The notes: generated by a model from the letters alone, not told the origin. Counted from the first letter of the stretch, positions 1 through 10,121 are shown. The stretch is 64,000 bases of DNA from Thermoplasmata archaeon (GCA_022750415.1 JAKIVT010000002.1:2754-66753), one strand, 5' to 3'. Numbers and translations: made by a program.

Positions 1-6
1 GGACCG

Positions 7-477
7 TCAGCCCCGGCGGACCGGCGACTCGGAAACGACGATCCGAGGCAGCTCGCCCTGGATCGCCGGCGTCCGCGGCGTCGGGATCCGCTGGTTCGCG
101 AACCTCGGCAGGAGCCAACGCTCGCCCCACATCCGGAGTTCGCGGGCCGCGGGCGCAAGACCGAGCCCCATCTCCGTCAGCGAATAGACGACGTTGAACG
201 GCCGGGTGCTGACGACGGTCCGTTGCACGACCCCGTTGCTCTCGAGGAACTTCAGCGTCGCGCTCAGCGTCTTCGCGTTCAGGCGCGGGTTCGACTTCAG
301 CATCTCGCTGAACCGCTGCGGTCCCGCGAGGAGCCGGTGGACGATCGCGAGTCGCCATTCGGTGCCAATGACACCCACGGCGGCGATCACGGGGCAGAGC
401 GAGTTCTCGCCGGGAGCGCAGGCTCCGTCCGGGGCTCCCGACGGCGGGACACGGTGGGGGGATTCTCGATAGGACAT
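7..477 (-). CDS. HxlR-family winged-helix transcriptional regulator
   Basis: 156-aa ORF with the motif CPVIAAVGVIGTEWRLAIVHRLLAGPQRFSEMLK...LSATLKFLESNGVV typical of the HxlR/MarR-like HTH family; TATA-like 'ctatatatggg' ~30 nt upstream on the minus strand. Confidence 0.75.
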   Translation of the reverse strand: MSYRESPHRVPPSGAPDGACAPGENSLCPVIAAVGVIGTEWRLAIVHRLLAGPQRFSEMLKSNPRLNAKTLSATLKFLESNGVVQRTVVSTRPFNVVYSLTEMGLGLAPAARELRMWGERWLLPRFANQRIPTPRTPAIQGELPRIVVSESPVRRG

Positions 478-635
478 GGTGACCTCAACTTCCCAAACTC
501 TCGACAGCCCATATATAGTTACCGCACTTTATCACATCGATTGAATCCACTAGATTACCCGAGGTTATCGTCCAACTGGGCGATGCCCCTCTCGAACGCG
601 AATCCCTTTTCCCTCGTCGGGTCTCCTCCGTCGAC

Positions 636-1256
636 GTGACGCTCGAGCGGACCGAGGTCGTGCTGAGCGTCGAGCAGGAGGCCGCCGTTCCGGGGCAGCC
701 CCCGCGCCGCCTCCGACTGGAAGCCCGGTTCGCCGTCGGCTCGCGACCTCCCTCGCCCGCCGAAATCGGGGACGCGATCGGACAACTCGACCGCGAGCTC
801 AGTGAGGCCGCCCGCTTGGCGGGGTTCGCCTCGACGGCACCGGTCCGGGCCGACCGCCCGGTCGCCGAGCTCGTCGAGACGTACCGTCCCAGGCAATCCG
901 AGCTCGTCGAATTGCTCCTCGCGGAGGGCGAGATCAGCGCGGGAGAGGCCGAGGGATTGCGCGCCTACCTCGGGAGCCCCGTCGCCGTCGGAACCCCGGT
1001 CATCCCGCCGCGGGACGAGGTCCCGGTCATGGACCGACCGATTGCCGCCGCACCGCTCGAGAACGACCGGAGCTCGGGGCGGGCGCGCACCGTTTCCGAA
1101 CTGCTCTCGACGTACCGGATCGAGTCGCTCCGCCAAGCCGGCGCCGTGCGGGCTCGACGCCAGATCTCCTTCGAGGAGTATATGGCCCTCAAGCGCCATT
1201 TTGGGCCGTCGGAGCCGGTGCCCTCCCCCTCGGGACCGGAGAACCCCGTCGGCTAG
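636..1256 (+). CDS. hypothetical protein (GTG start)
   Basis: 206-aa ORF with high GC3 codon bias consistent with coding; divergent from the HxlR gene; no recognisable domain. Confidence 0.5.
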   Translation: MTLERTEVVLSVEQEAAVPGQPPRRLRLEARFAVGSRPPSPAEIGDAIGQLDRELSEAARLAGFASTAPVRADRPVAELVETYRPRQSELVELLLAEGEISAGEAEGLRAYLGSPVAVGTPVIPPRDEVPVMDRPIAAAPLENDRSSGRARTVSELLSTYRIESLRQAGAVRARRQISFEEYMALKRHFGPSEPVPSPSGPENPVG

Positions 1257-2551
1257 AACGCGAGTCGCCGGAGGCGGGGAGCCGCCAGGGCGAACGCGGC
1301 GGCGATTCCGACGAGCGCAAGACCCACCACCCACCCGACGGTGAGGACCGGAAGGAGGACGAGCAGCGCCCCGAGCGCAACGGCGCCCGCGGCTCTCCCC
1401 GTTCCGCGGAAGAGGTAGTGGTTCGTCAGCGTCCGGCCGACGAGGTCGGACCGCGTGGTCGCCTGGAGGTACACGAGCACGCCCTGGTAGAACACCACGT
1501 CGATGGCGCCGACCGCGAACCACAGCGGGGCCGAGAACGAACCGAGCGGGGCGGCCACGACCGAGGCGACGAGGAGAACCCCCTCCACCGCCGCGCCGGC
1601 GAAGAGCAAGATCCCCAGCTTGGCCCGCGGGTTGACCGCCCCGAGGGCGACCGAGCCGACCACCGTGCCGATGGCGAACGCGGTGAACAGAACGCCGTAC
1701 GTGCTCACCCCACCGGCGAGGCGGCCGTTCGCGACGGCGAGAATGAGGAGCGGCGGACCGGCGCTGAACAGCCCCTCGGCGGCCGAGAACGAGCCGAGCG
1801 CCACCAGCGGCCGTCCCCCGCCGTCCACGAACGAGCGGAACCCGTCGACGAGCTCCCGGAACCACGCCCGGGCCGCCCCCGCCTGCGGCACGACGACCGG
1901 GATCGCGAAGGCGGCGGCCGCGAAGTTCAGAAGTCCGTAGAGGACCGGCCCCGACGCCGGGCTCAGGAACAGGATGAGCGCGGCCCCGGCGGCGTACCCC
2001 GCGACCTGGTTCCCCCCGGAAACGGCCGAGAGGAGCGCGTTCGCGGGGAACAGTTCGTCCGGCCCGACGATCTTGGGCGGGATCGAAAGGGAGGCGGTCC
2101 ACGTGAAGTCCCACAGCCAGGAGAGGGCGACGACGAGCACGAGGAGGACCGGCACGGTGAGCGAACCGGTGGCGGCGAGATACCCGAGGAGGAGGGCCAG
2201 CACCCCTTGGACCGGATACCCGAGGAGAAGGATCGTCCGCAGGTCCCGGACCCGGTCGACGACCGGACCGGCCAAGAACGACAGCGCGTACACCCCGAAC
2301 TCGACGCCCAGGACGAGGCCGGCGATGGCGAGGCTCCCCGAGATCCGGAGCGCGAGCCAGGGGATCGCGATCGCGTAGACCGCGTACCCCGCGTCGCCCG
2401 CGGCTTGCGAGGCGAAGTACCAACCGAACCGCCGGTGGCGGAAGACCCGCCGGTACCCGGCGAGGGACCCGGGGGGGATGGGGGCCGAGCGCTCGAGTTC
2501 GGGGGCGCTCACCCCCCGGTCTCCCGGGGCGCGAACGCGACGAGGAGGCAA
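1253..2551 (-). CDS. MFS (major facilitator superfamily) transporter
   Basis: 432 aa with ~12 hydrophobic helices; N-terminal RRFGWYFASQAAGDAGYAVYAIAIPWLAL is MFS-like; exact start uncertain because the ORF overlaps the upstream gene. Confidence 0.7.
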   Translation of the reverse strand: MPPRRVRAPGDRGVSAPELERSAPIPPGSLAGYRRVFRHRRFGWYFASQAAGDAGYAVYAIAIPWLALRISGSLAIAGLVLGVEFGVYALSFLAGPVVDRVRDLRTILLLGYPVQGVLALLLGYLAATGSLTVPVLLVLVVALSWLWDFTWTASLSIPPKIVGPDELFPANALLSAVSGGNQVAGYAAGAALILFLSPASGPVLYGLLNFAAAAFAIPVVVPQAGAARAWFRELVDGFRSFVDGGGRPLVALGSFSAAEGLFSAGPPLLILAVANGRLAGGVSTYGVLFTAFAIGTVVGSVALGAVNPRAKLGILLFAGAAVEGVLLVASVVAAPLGSFSAPLWFAVGAIDVVFYQGVLVYLQATTRSDLVGRTLTNHYLFRGTGRAAGAVALGALLVLLPVLTVGWVVGLALVGIAAAFALAAPRLRRLAF

Positions 2552-3819
2552 CCGACGTCGGTGATGCCGGAGCGCATGGGCACCGGGCGCGGGACGACCG
2601 GCGTCCCGGGGATGGCCGCGTCGACGACGACGCCGGCCGCCCCGGGCGGCTCGCCGAGCGCGCTCGTCTGGTACGCGCCGACCGACATGCCACGGCGCCG
2701 GATCCGCGCCGCGGCCGCCTGAACGAACGCGGGGAACTCCCGCCGCTCGTCGCCTCCTTCGGGGACCTCGAACGTGGCCGGGGCGAACACGACGATCCCT
2801 TTCGTGTTCGCGTTCCCATCGCCGAGCCCGCGGGCGACGACCTCATCGACCCGGTCGAGGAACGTCGCCGCCGCGGCCGCCGGCCTGCCCGGGATCGACA
2901 TGGCCGCGAGGCGGGAGGTGTACCCGCGTCCCGAGATCGCGTCGCCCGCGGACCGCAAGGCGTCGGACGGGCCGGCGACCGCGACCGGACGATGGACGCT
3001 CGGGCTCATGCCCGAGGGCAGAGTACTGTCCGGAGCGAGCGAATCCCGCGCCGCCAGCGGGAGCCCCGCGAACAGGCCGAGCCGCTGCAGGATGGCGCGG
3101 GCCGCGACTCGCTCCGCCGGGATGATTGCGCTGGCCGGCCCCCCTCCCACGAGGACTCCGCCATCGCCCCGTTCGACGACCAGGGTCACCACGTCGGCCC
3201 GGCCGCCGGCGCGCCCGACCCCGCCGCCGACGCCCCCCGTGCCGAGGGCCCGTACGACGTCGGCGACCTCCCGGGCCGTGGCGCCAGCGTCGGACAGCGA
3301 GCCGAGCCACCGGTTCCAGGACGCAGCGTCGAGTCCCGGAGGAGGCGCCGCGAGCGAGACCACGGACCCCGGCGTTACCAGCAGCACGAGGAGGTCCTTC
3401 TCCCCGAGCCCCTGCGCGAGCTCGAGGACGTCGGAAAGGACCTCGGCCGTCCCCGCTTGGCCGGGACGGCCCGGTAGGACCCGGGTCGCACGGAACGGGA
3501 TCTCCGGGGGAAGCGGGTTCGGCCCGGCGACGAACCCCTGGGTGATGGCCAGGCCAAGGGCGTCGTGGGCTCCGTACGCCGCGGACACCGCCGCGTGGCC
3601 CAGGGAAACGAAGGCGATCTCCCGGTACTTCGCGAGCGTCACGAACCGGTTCCCGAGCCGCACGATCGCCCCGTCCCGCCGGAGCGCCGAACGGACCCCG
3701 TGGTACGCGTCGGCCCCCTCGACGGCGGCGCGAAACGCCACGGCGTGAATCGCGTCCCGGCCCTTCGCCTCGATCGGAGGCGGACCCGGGAACGGGTTGA
3801 ACAGGGTCGGCTGGGTCAC
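2509..3819 (-). CDS. glycerate 2-kinase-like (MOFRL / hydroxypyruvate reductase-glycerate kinase family)
   Basis: 436 aa; Gly-rich kinase-like segments and overall similarity to archaeal GckA/MOFRL proteins; same strand and tightly packed with flanking genes. Confidence 0.5.
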   Translation of the reverse strand: MTQPTLFNPFPGPPPIEAKGRDAIHAVAFRAAVEGADAYHGVRSALRRDGAIVRLGNRFVTLAKYREIAFVSLGHAAVSAAYGAHDALGLAITQGFVAGPNPLPPEIPFRATRVLPGRPGQAGTAEVLSDVLELAQGLGEKDLLVLLVTPGSVVSLAAPPPGLDAASWNRWLGSLSDAGATAREVADVVRALGTGGVGGGVGRAGGRADVVTLVVERGDGGVLVGGGPASAIIPAERVAARAILQRLGLFAGLPLAARDSLAPDSTLPSGMSPSVHRPVAVAGPSDALRSAGDAISGRGYTSRLAAMSIPGRPAAAAATFLDRVDEVVARGLGDGNANTKGIVVFAPATFEVPEGGDERREFPAFVQAAAARIRRRGMSVGAYQTSALGEPPGAAGVVVDAAIPGTPVVPRPVPMRSGITDVGCLLVAFAPRETGG

Positions 3820-3879
3820 GCCGGGCCGAGCGGCGAGGGAAGGTTACGGTTTGCCTGCCGGCGCCGGCCGACGCGGCGG

Positions 3880-5046
3880 TCAGCCCGGTTGGAGCCCCTC
3901 GGCCTCGGTGCTCCGGTGCGGGTCGAGGAACCGCCCCGGGGAGAAGAGCGCGGGGTCGAGGTCGGTGCGTTCGCCGAGAACGGCCTGCGCGACCCGCTTC
4001 GACGACGCCGGCGATAGCATGAAGCCGTGGCCGCTGAACCCGTTCGCGTGGAAGAACCCGGGGAGGCGGGGGTCTTCGCCGATGACGGGGAATCCGTCCG
4101 GTGTGTCGTCGTAGTACCCCGACCACGCGCGGAGGACGCCGACGGGGGCGAGCGAGGGAACGAGCCGGACCATCGAGCGAGACATGGTGCGGAGAAAGGT
4201 GGTGGACGTCGGAACGCCGGCGCGGGTGCCGGTCGGGTGCGGCACGCTCAGCCCGCCGACGACCTCGCCCCGCATCGTTTGGGAGAAGTACAGGCCGTCG
4301 GAGAGCCGGATCACCATCGGATCGAGGAACGGCTTGAGGGGCTCGGTCGCGAGGATCTCGTGGCGGCTCGCGACGTTCGGCACCGAAAGGCCGGCGAGGC
4401 GGCTCACGTCGCCCGACCAGCCCCCGGCCGCGTTGACCACGATAGGCGCTTCGACCGGGCCTCCGGTCGTCGCGAGACCGACCACACGACCCCCCTCGGC
4501 GCGGACGCCGGTCACTTCCACGCCCAGACGGACTTCGCCGCCGAGGGCGCGGACCGCCTCGTAGACCCCCCAAACGCCGGGGAACGGGTACAACGTCCCG
4601 TCGGTCTTGAGGAACGTCGCCCCGAGGATTCCGTCGAGCGAGAGCGACGGGGCGTAGCGGAGTACCCCGCTGGGCTCGAGGAGTCGTCCATCGAGCCCCT
4701 CCGACCGGACCGCCTCCGTGACCTGTCCGAGCCGGGTCACCTCGGCCGGGCTCGCGGCGAGGAACAGGTACCCTCCTTGACGGAACCAGACGTTGGTGCC
4801 GAACTCCCGGCCGAACTGCTTCCAATCCTGCACCGCCTCGCGCATGAGGCGGACCGTCACGCGGGAGTCCCACTGCTGACGGACCCCGCCGCCATTGCGG
4901 CCGGAGGCGCCGGACGAAAGGAACCCGCGCTCGAGCACCACGACGGGACCGGCGCCGGCCCGGAGCAGCCGGTACGCGGTGAACAGGCCGACGATCCCGC
5001 CCCCGATGATGGCGACCTGGTACGTGCGGCGTTCGGGGGCGTTCAC
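3880..5046 (-). CDS. FAD-dependent oxidoreductase (sarcosine oxidase beta / dye-linked L-proline dehydrogenase beta-like)
   Basis: N-terminal dinucleotide-binding motif RTYQVAIIGGGIVGLFTAYRL; DAO-family body; the Arg-rich first ~85 aa of the ORF look non-coding, so start set at GTG 5046, giving a GTGA overlap with the upstream gene. Confidence 0.7.
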   Translation of the reverse strand: MNAPERRTYQVAIIGGGIVGLFTAYRLLRAGAGPVVVLERGFLSSGASGRNGGGVRQQWDSRVTVRLMREAVQDWKQFGREFGTNVWFRQGGYLFLAASPAEVTRLGQVTEAVRSEGLDGRLLEPSGVLRYAPSLSLDGILGATFLKTDGTLYPFPGVWGVYEAVRALGGEVRLGVEVTGVRAEGGRVVGLATTGGPVEAPIVVNAAGGWSGDVSRLAGLSVPNVASRHEILATEPLKPFLDPMVIRLSDGLYFSQTMRGEVVGGLSVPHPTGTRAGVPTSTTFLRTMSRSMVRLVPSLAPVGVLRAWSGYYDDTPDGFPVIGEDPRLPGFFHANGFSGHGFMLSPASSKRVAQAVLGERTDLDPALFSPGRFLDPHRSTEAEGLQPG

Positions 5047-6665
5047 GGTGTCGCCTCGACCTCGTCCGGCAATCCGGCAAACGCCCCGAGCGGGGTCGGG
5101 ACGACCGGCGGCCGCTGGGTGATGTACCCGACCTCGCGCGGCGTGCGATGCTCGCGGAGGGCGAGGACCAGGAGCGCGTCGGGGAGGCAGTACCGGCCTT
5201 GGCAGAGCCCCGTTCCCACGCCCGTGTACCGCTTGATGACCTCGATCCCCCGGTACCCTCGCTCGGTCGCCTCGAGGAGCTCGCCCAGGAGGACGTCTTC
5301 GCACGGGCAGATCACGACCTTGCCGGGGCCCGGGCCGGCGGTCAGGAGCTCCTGGTAGTACCCCTCAAGCTCATTGTGCTCGTCGGAGGGAGGCGAGGGC
5401 GTCGGCCGGGATCCCGGTCCGGGGGCTAGCGCGGAGGTCGCGGCCGCAATCCCGCTCTCGCGAGCCCGGTCGGGCGAGGCTGCTCCGGCGGATTCGCCGG
5501 CGGCGAAGAGGCCAGGGACGGTGGTCGCGCCCGCCCCCCCGACCACGGGGCCGTACGCTCCGACGCCGGGCCGCCATTCCATCTGGGCGCCGGCCTGGAA
5601 GAACAATTGGGGGTGGGGGAGGCGACGGTGCGCGAGGATGACGGCGTCCGCCTCGAGGCGGAACGGAGGTTGGTCTCCGCCCCGACGGGCCAGCCGGACC
5701 CCTCGAACGGCCCGCCGGCCGACCGCTGCGAGGAGGAGCGTCCGGGGGAAGAGAGGGATATCGAGCTCCGAGGCCTTCCGGGCGACGTCGGGGTCGATCG
5801 AACCGGGGGCGACGACCGCGTCGGTCTGGGCCCCGAACCGTTCGAGGATTTGGAAGGCGCGGGGGCCGCCACCAAAGACGACGGCGTGCGAGAAATCCGG
5901 CCGCACCGCCGGGTGCAGCCGCTCCGCGCCCTCGGCCGTGACCACGCCGGGGCGGTCGCTTCCCGCGAACCAGAGGGAGGCATCGTACCCTCCGACGGCC
6001 ACCACGACGGTCCGCGCTCGGACGTCGATCGCCGAACCGTCGGAGACGCTCGCGATCAGCTCGAACGGGCGGGGCCCGGACTCCCGCGGAGGCGGCAGGA
6101 AGACCGCGGTCGTGCGACCGAGACACTCCGCCCCGGCGATCGGAGTTGGTACCGGCTCTCTCTCGAGGACGAGCGGGCGAACCCCCTCGGCGACGAAGGT
6201 CTCGACCGCGGCCCGACCGGCGGTCCCGGCTCCGAGCACGAGGACATCGGTCTCCATCGACCGTCCCGGTGCCGGTCGGGGGGGAAGCGAGGGAGTCGGG
6301 AACGCCCCGGTTCCGGCCAGTCGTCGCACGACCCGTTGGTACCACGGCACGGCGAAGGCCGGGCGACGGAATCCGCGCAACGTGTCGATGCCGTGCGGGA
6401 ACAGGACATCGAACACCCCCAGGATGTCGAAGCGGGCCGATGGCCACGCATTCTCCACCGTCATCACGTCCCCCGGGGCGGCGTCGTAACGGCACGACCG
6501 AACGTTCGGAACGCCATTCACGCGGACGAGGCAGTTGGTGCAGTACCCGACGCCGCAGAAGGGAGCCCTCGGCCGGTGGTACCGGGTCGACCGCGTCCGC
6601 GGCGGCAGTCGCCGGAGATCGGGGCGGCCGGCCGTCGGTCCAGGAACGAGCACCGGTTCCATTCG
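5043..6665 (-). CDS. fused 2Fe-2S (HcnA/SoxA N-terminal-like) + FAD/NAD(P)-binding oxidoreductase with BFD-like [2Fe-2S] domain (SoxA/HcnB/proline dehydrogenase alpha-like)
   Basis: CGVGYCTNCLVRVNG...SCRY cysteine cluster; GxGxxG motif VLVLGAGTAGRAA; BFD-like motif ICPCEDVLLGELLEA...GTGLCQGRYC; start placed at MEPVLVPG because the preceding ORF extension is compositionally non-coding. Confidence 0.65.
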   Translation of the reverse strand, partial: RMEPVLVPGPTAGRPDLRRLPPRTRSTRYHRPRAPFCGVGYCTNCLVRVNGVPNVRSCRYDAAPGDVMTVENAWPSARFDILGVFDVLFPHGIDTLRGFRRPAFAVPWYQRVVRRLAGTGAFPTPSLPPRPAPGRSMETDVLVLGAGTAGRAAVETFVAEGVRPLVLEREPVPTPIAGAECLGRTTAVFLPPPRESGPRPFELIASVSDGSAIDVRARTVVVAVGGYDASLWFAGSDRPGVVTAEGAERLHPAVRPDFSHAVVFGGGPRAFQILERFGAQTDAVVAPGSIDPDVARKASELDIPLFPRTLLLAAVGRRAVRGVRLARRGGDQPPFRLEADAVILAHRRLPHPQLFFQAGAQMEWRPGVGAYGPVVGGAGATTVPGLFAAGESAGAASPDRARESGIAAATSALAPGPGSRPTPSPPSDEHNELEGYYQELLTAGPGPGKVVICPCEDVLLGELLEATERGYRGIEVIKRYTGVGTGLCQGRYCLPDALLVLALREHRTPREVGYITQRPPVVPTPLGAFAGLPDEVEATP

Positions 6666-6919
6666 GGTCGGTCGGCGCCAGCGTCCGCGCGGCTCTTTAG
6701 ACCGACCCCGCCGGGGGGGGCCGCCGGCGAAGCCGAGGCGCGCCGGCTCCCCGATTCCTGGGGGGAACTCCAGGATACTACGTGCTCGGCCGGAAACGGA
6801 GGATTCATTCCCCCCGCGGGGTTCGCAGGTCGATGGCTGCGCGACCTTCGGGCCGGACCTCACCCGGCTCCGGGAGCCCGTCCCCGCGAGCGGGTCGTCG
6901 CCGCTTCCGAATGGGAATC

Positions 6920-7648
6920 ATGAAGGCCACTAGCCTGGCAAGCCTCGGCCTGCTGGTCCTGATGCTCGCCTCCCCCAGCGTCGGGGCAGTCTCGATTGGT
7001 CCGAAGTACCACACCCAGTGCTACGGGACGCAACAGGGGACCGTCTACCGGACGCAGGTGGGAACGTACCTGGGTGGAACCTGGAAGAACAACTTCTCCT
7101 CCGGCCACTTGGGCCTCGGGCACCAGGCGGCGACCTCGACGGGGTCCTGGTCGACCTACGAGACCTTGGGATGGATTTCGATGGGGCCCGGCCCGACGAA
7201 CGGCCTCTGCTTCACGCCGTCCTCGGTCCGGACGAACGCGTCGTTCACCTTCTCGAACGTCTCATTCTTTGCGAATGTGTCGGCCATCTGCACCGCCGGT
7301 GACAATGGGTCGGCGGCCGCCTCGTTCCATCTGTGGCTTCAGGGCGACTTCTACGACCTGACCACCGCGAAGTTCGTCTGGGGCACCACGCACCTGACGA
7401 GTCTCGTCGCCTCGATCGGCGTGCACTGCCCGGGCACGGGGGTGTATTCGTTCGCGAAATTGTACTCGATCCCCTCGATCACGCTCTCGGGCCACACGCG
7501 AGGGCTTTCGACGTCGGACCAGTACTGGTACATCGTCAACACGGACCTGCTGACGAGGGCCTCCGCGAATGGGCTGGGAAGCAGTGCCCATGCTTCCGTC
7601 TCCAAAGTTTCCATGACGCTGACCGGCATCGCGTGCCGGAGCTGTTGA
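6920..7648 (+). CDS. secreted Ser/Thr/Gly-rich hypothetical protein
   Basis: Signal peptide MKATSLASLGLLVLMLASPSVGA; several N-x-S/T sequons; upstream part of the ORF is Arg-rich non-coding. Confidence 0.55.
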   Translation: MKATSLASLGLLVLMLASPSVGAVSIGPKYHTQCYGTQQGTVYRTQVGTYLGGTWKNNFSSGHLGLGHQAATSTGSWSTYETLGWISMGPGPTNGLCFTPSSVRTNASFTFSNVSFFANVSAICTAGDNGSAAASFHLWLQGDFYDLTTAKFVWGTTHLTSLVASIGVHCPGTGVYSFAKLYSIPSITLSGHTRGLSTSDQYWYIVNTDLLTRASANGLGSSAHASVSKVSMTLTGIACRSC

Positions 7649-7778
7649 GGTAGCCGGGCGCCCGGGAATCTCCCTCGGGCCACCGGATTGCCTCCGGACC
7701 GGCCCGGCTGACGCCCACCGGAATCCCCCTCGCAAATTCGGTTCTAGCTTGGATTCCCCTCGGGGTTCCCGCAATTCT

Positions 7779-7786
7779 ATATAGTA
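7779..7786 (+). promoter_or_regulatory. archaeal TATA-box-like element (ctatatag) ~26 nt upstream of ATG 7812
   Basis: AT-rich octamer in an otherwise very GC-rich region, at the spacing of a leaderless archaeal promoter. Confidence 0.5.
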
Positions 7787-7811
7787 TAGAGACGGGTCGT
7801 CGCCCCCTCCG

Positions 7812-8873
7812 ATGCGCAGCACAGGCGGGTTCCACGGCCGCCGGATCCAGAAGACGGGAGGGTCGACGTACATCATCTCCCTTCCGAAGAACTGGGTGAC
7901 GAGCCGGGGCCTCCACGAGGGGGACGTCCTCCTGTTCTCCCCCCGTTCGGACGGATCCATCACGCTGTACGCGGACGAGGGACCGCGCGCGGACTCGGTG
8001 AAGCGTTCGATCGAGGTCTCGAACGACATGGACGAGGACCACCTGTTCCGGCGGCTGATCGCCGAGTACATCGCGGGCGCCCCGCTCCTCGAGATCCGAA
8101 CTCCGGGACGGATGAGCCCGAGGACGCGGAACATCGTCCGCGGCTTCGCCCAGCGGATGATCGGGCCGGAGATCCTGGAAGAGACCGCCGACGCCGTCGT
8201 TCTGCAGGATGTGGTGGGCGCGAACCCCCTTCCGATTCCATCGGTCATCCGACGGATGCACCAGATGGTGCGGGCGATGCAGTCCGACGCCATGGCCGCG
8301 TTCCACGGCCGCGACGCCTCGATCGCGAAGGACGTCGTCGAACGGGACTGGGAGGTCGACCGACTCCACTGGTTCGTCGAAAAGCAGGTGACGATGGCAT
8401 TGCGGGACGCCCGCGCCCTCACGAGCCTCGGACTCACGCTCCCCGATTGCGCGACCTACCTTCTCGCCTCGCGGGTCCTCGAGCGGATCGCCGACCACGC
8501 GGTGAAGATCGCCGAGACCGTCGAAATGCTCGGGAAGGAGGAACCCCCGACGTCGGTCGTCGAATCGCTCGACAAGCTCCACGCGATCGCGGCGAACGGG
8601 CTCTCGGAGGCGCTCGACGCGCTCGACTCCGGGGACATTGCCCGGGCGAACGCGGTCGTCGACGTCGCCCACCGGGTCACCCGGGAACGGGAGAAGATCC
8701 TGCACGAGCTCGCGACCAAGCGCGGGCGGCTCGCGGTCGCCCTCGCCTACGTGCTCGAAAGCGTCGAGAGGAGCGCCTCGTACGCGAGCGACCTCGCCGA
8801 GATCGCGATCAACCACGCCGTGGCGCTTCGAGATTCGGCGCCTCCGGTCGCCGCATCCACCGGAAAGAGCTGA
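7812..8873 (+). CDS. phosphate uptake regulator-like protein (N-terminal AbrB/SpoVT swapped-hairpin domain + tandem PhoU domains)
   Basis: N-terminal KTGGSTYIISLPKNWVTSRGLHEGDVLLF is AbrB/MazE-like; C-terminal helical repeats with PhoU-like motifs (ERIADHAVKIAE, DLAEIAINHA). Confidence 0.7.
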   Translation: MRSTGGFHGRRIQKTGGSTYIISLPKNWVTSRGLHEGDVLLFSPRSDGSITLYADEGPRADSVKRSIEVSNDMDEDHLFRRLIAEYIAGAPLLEIRTPGRMSPRTRNIVRGFAQRMIGPEILEETADAVVLQDVVGANPLPIPSVIRRMHQMVRAMQSDAMAAFHGRDASIAKDVVERDWEVDRLHWFVEKQVTMALRDARALTSLGLTLPDCATYLLASRVLERIADHAVKIAETVEMLGKEEPPTSVVESLDKLHAIAANGLSEALDALDSGDIARANAVVDVAHRVTREREKILHELATKRGRLAVALAYVLESVERSASYASDLAEIAINHAVALRDSAPPVAASTGKS

Positions 8874-8937
8874 CGACCCCCGGCGGCCGAAGGGCCCCTG
8901 GGACGACGGGCGAAACGGAACGCCGGTCGCGCCCGGT

Positions 8938-10095
8938 CTAGAACGTCACCGCGGCGCCGTCCCAGGCGGCGTCCAGGAGCCGGCCGAGCTCTTCCTCGGA
9001 CGGGACCCGGGGGTTCGAGACCGCGGACGGGGTCCGCACGGCGTGGGCGATGGCGAGGGTCCGTCCGCTCCCCGCGCGCAGCCGATCGACCCCGGCCTCG
9101 GCAAGCGTCTTCGGGATCCCGAGCGGAGCGAGCACGGCGCGCAACCGCTCGGCGAGGGCGCTCCGGTTGGCCGCGAGCGGGGGACCGAGCGGACCGGTGA
9201 GGCGAGTATACCGGTCGCGCGCGCTCGGATAGTTGAACTCGGTCGCGTACGGGAGCAGGATCCCCACCAGTCGACCGTGGGCGAGCCCGGTCGACGGGCC
9301 GAGGGCCCGAGCGAGGGCGTGGGCCACCCCCAGCTGCGCGTTCGACGCCGCCAAGCCGGCGAGAGACGCCGCGTGGTGGAGCGCCCCGCGAGCGTCGTCG
9401 TCGTCCGGGTGCTTGGCGAGTTTGGGAAGGGCCGTCAGCGCCGTGGCGAGCGCGTCCCGCGCCGCCGCGTCGGAGAACGGGTTCGCCCACTCCGAGCCGA
9501 TCGCCTCGACGGCATGGCCGAGCAATTGGGCGGCGGCGTCGGCCCGCACGGGTGGGGGAGCGGAGTGGGCGAGGGACTCGTCGAGGAGAGCCCAATCGGG
9601 AACGAGCTCTCGGGTCGCGAGGTCGACCGGTCGGCCGTCGGGAGCGCGAAGTTCGGCAGTCCAGGTCGCCTCGCTGCCGCTCCCGCTCGTGGTCGGGATC
9701 GCAATGAGCCCGGCGCGCGAGCGCAACCCGAGCTCGACGAGCGGGGTGATCGTTTCGAGCGGGATCTCGGGCCGGACGTACCGGACCCAGAGCGCCTTCG
9801 CGGTGTCGATCGTGCTCCCGCCCCCAAAGGCAACGAACACGTCCGGAGCGGCCGAACGTACCGAGTCGACGCCCCGCTCCACGTCCCCGATCGTCGGTCC
9901 GATCGTCACGTCGGAGAACGTCGAGGCGACGGCGCCGTCGACCTTCTCGAGTTCTTCGACGACCCGTCGGAGTCTGATCGACCCGGCAAGAGCGGGGTCG
10001 GCGACCACCAGCGGTCGCCGGCTCCCGAGCCCGCTGAGCGTCTCAATCGCGCCCGGGCCGAAGACGACCCGCGGCGAAGTGAAGACGCCCTGCAT
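8938..10095 (-). CDS. iron-containing (group III) alcohol dehydrogenase
   Basis: Fe-ADH motifs FVAFGGGSTIDTAKA and IAIPTTSGSGSE; start at MQGVFTSPRVVFGPG; the upstream ORF extension is Arg-rich non-coding. Confidence 0.75.
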   Translation of the reverse strand: MQGVFTSPRVVFGPGAIETLSGLGSRRPLVVADPALAGSIRLRRVVEELEKVDGAVASTFSDVTIGPTIGDVERGVDSVRSAAPDVFVAFGGGSTIDTAKALWVRYVRPEIPLETITPLVELGLRSRAGLIAIPTTSGSGSEATWTAELRAPDGRPVDLATRELVPDWALLDESLAHSAPPPVRADAAAQLLGHAVEAIGSEWANPFSDAAARDALATALTALPKLAKHPDDDDARGALHHAASLAGLAASNAQLGVAHALARALGPSTGLAHGRLVGILLPYATEFNYPSARDRYTRLTGPLGPPLAANRSALAERLRAVLAPLGIPKTLAEAGVDRLRAGSGRTLAIAHAVRTPSAVSNPRVPSEEELGRLLDAAWDGAAVTF

Positions 10096-10121
10096 CGACG
10101 GCCCGAATCCCGGACGTCGGC

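Noticed and set aside
555-2846. 763-aa minus-strand ORF
   Set aside because: Extremely Arg/Pro/Gly-rich low-complexity translation lying antisense to the MFS transporter and the hypothetical gene at 636-1256; a GC-driven artefact.
2843-5080. 745-aa minus-strand ORF
   Set aside because: Arg-rich nonsense translation in an alternative frame overlapping the glycerate-kinase-like and SoxB-like genes; the real genes occupy another frame on the same strand.
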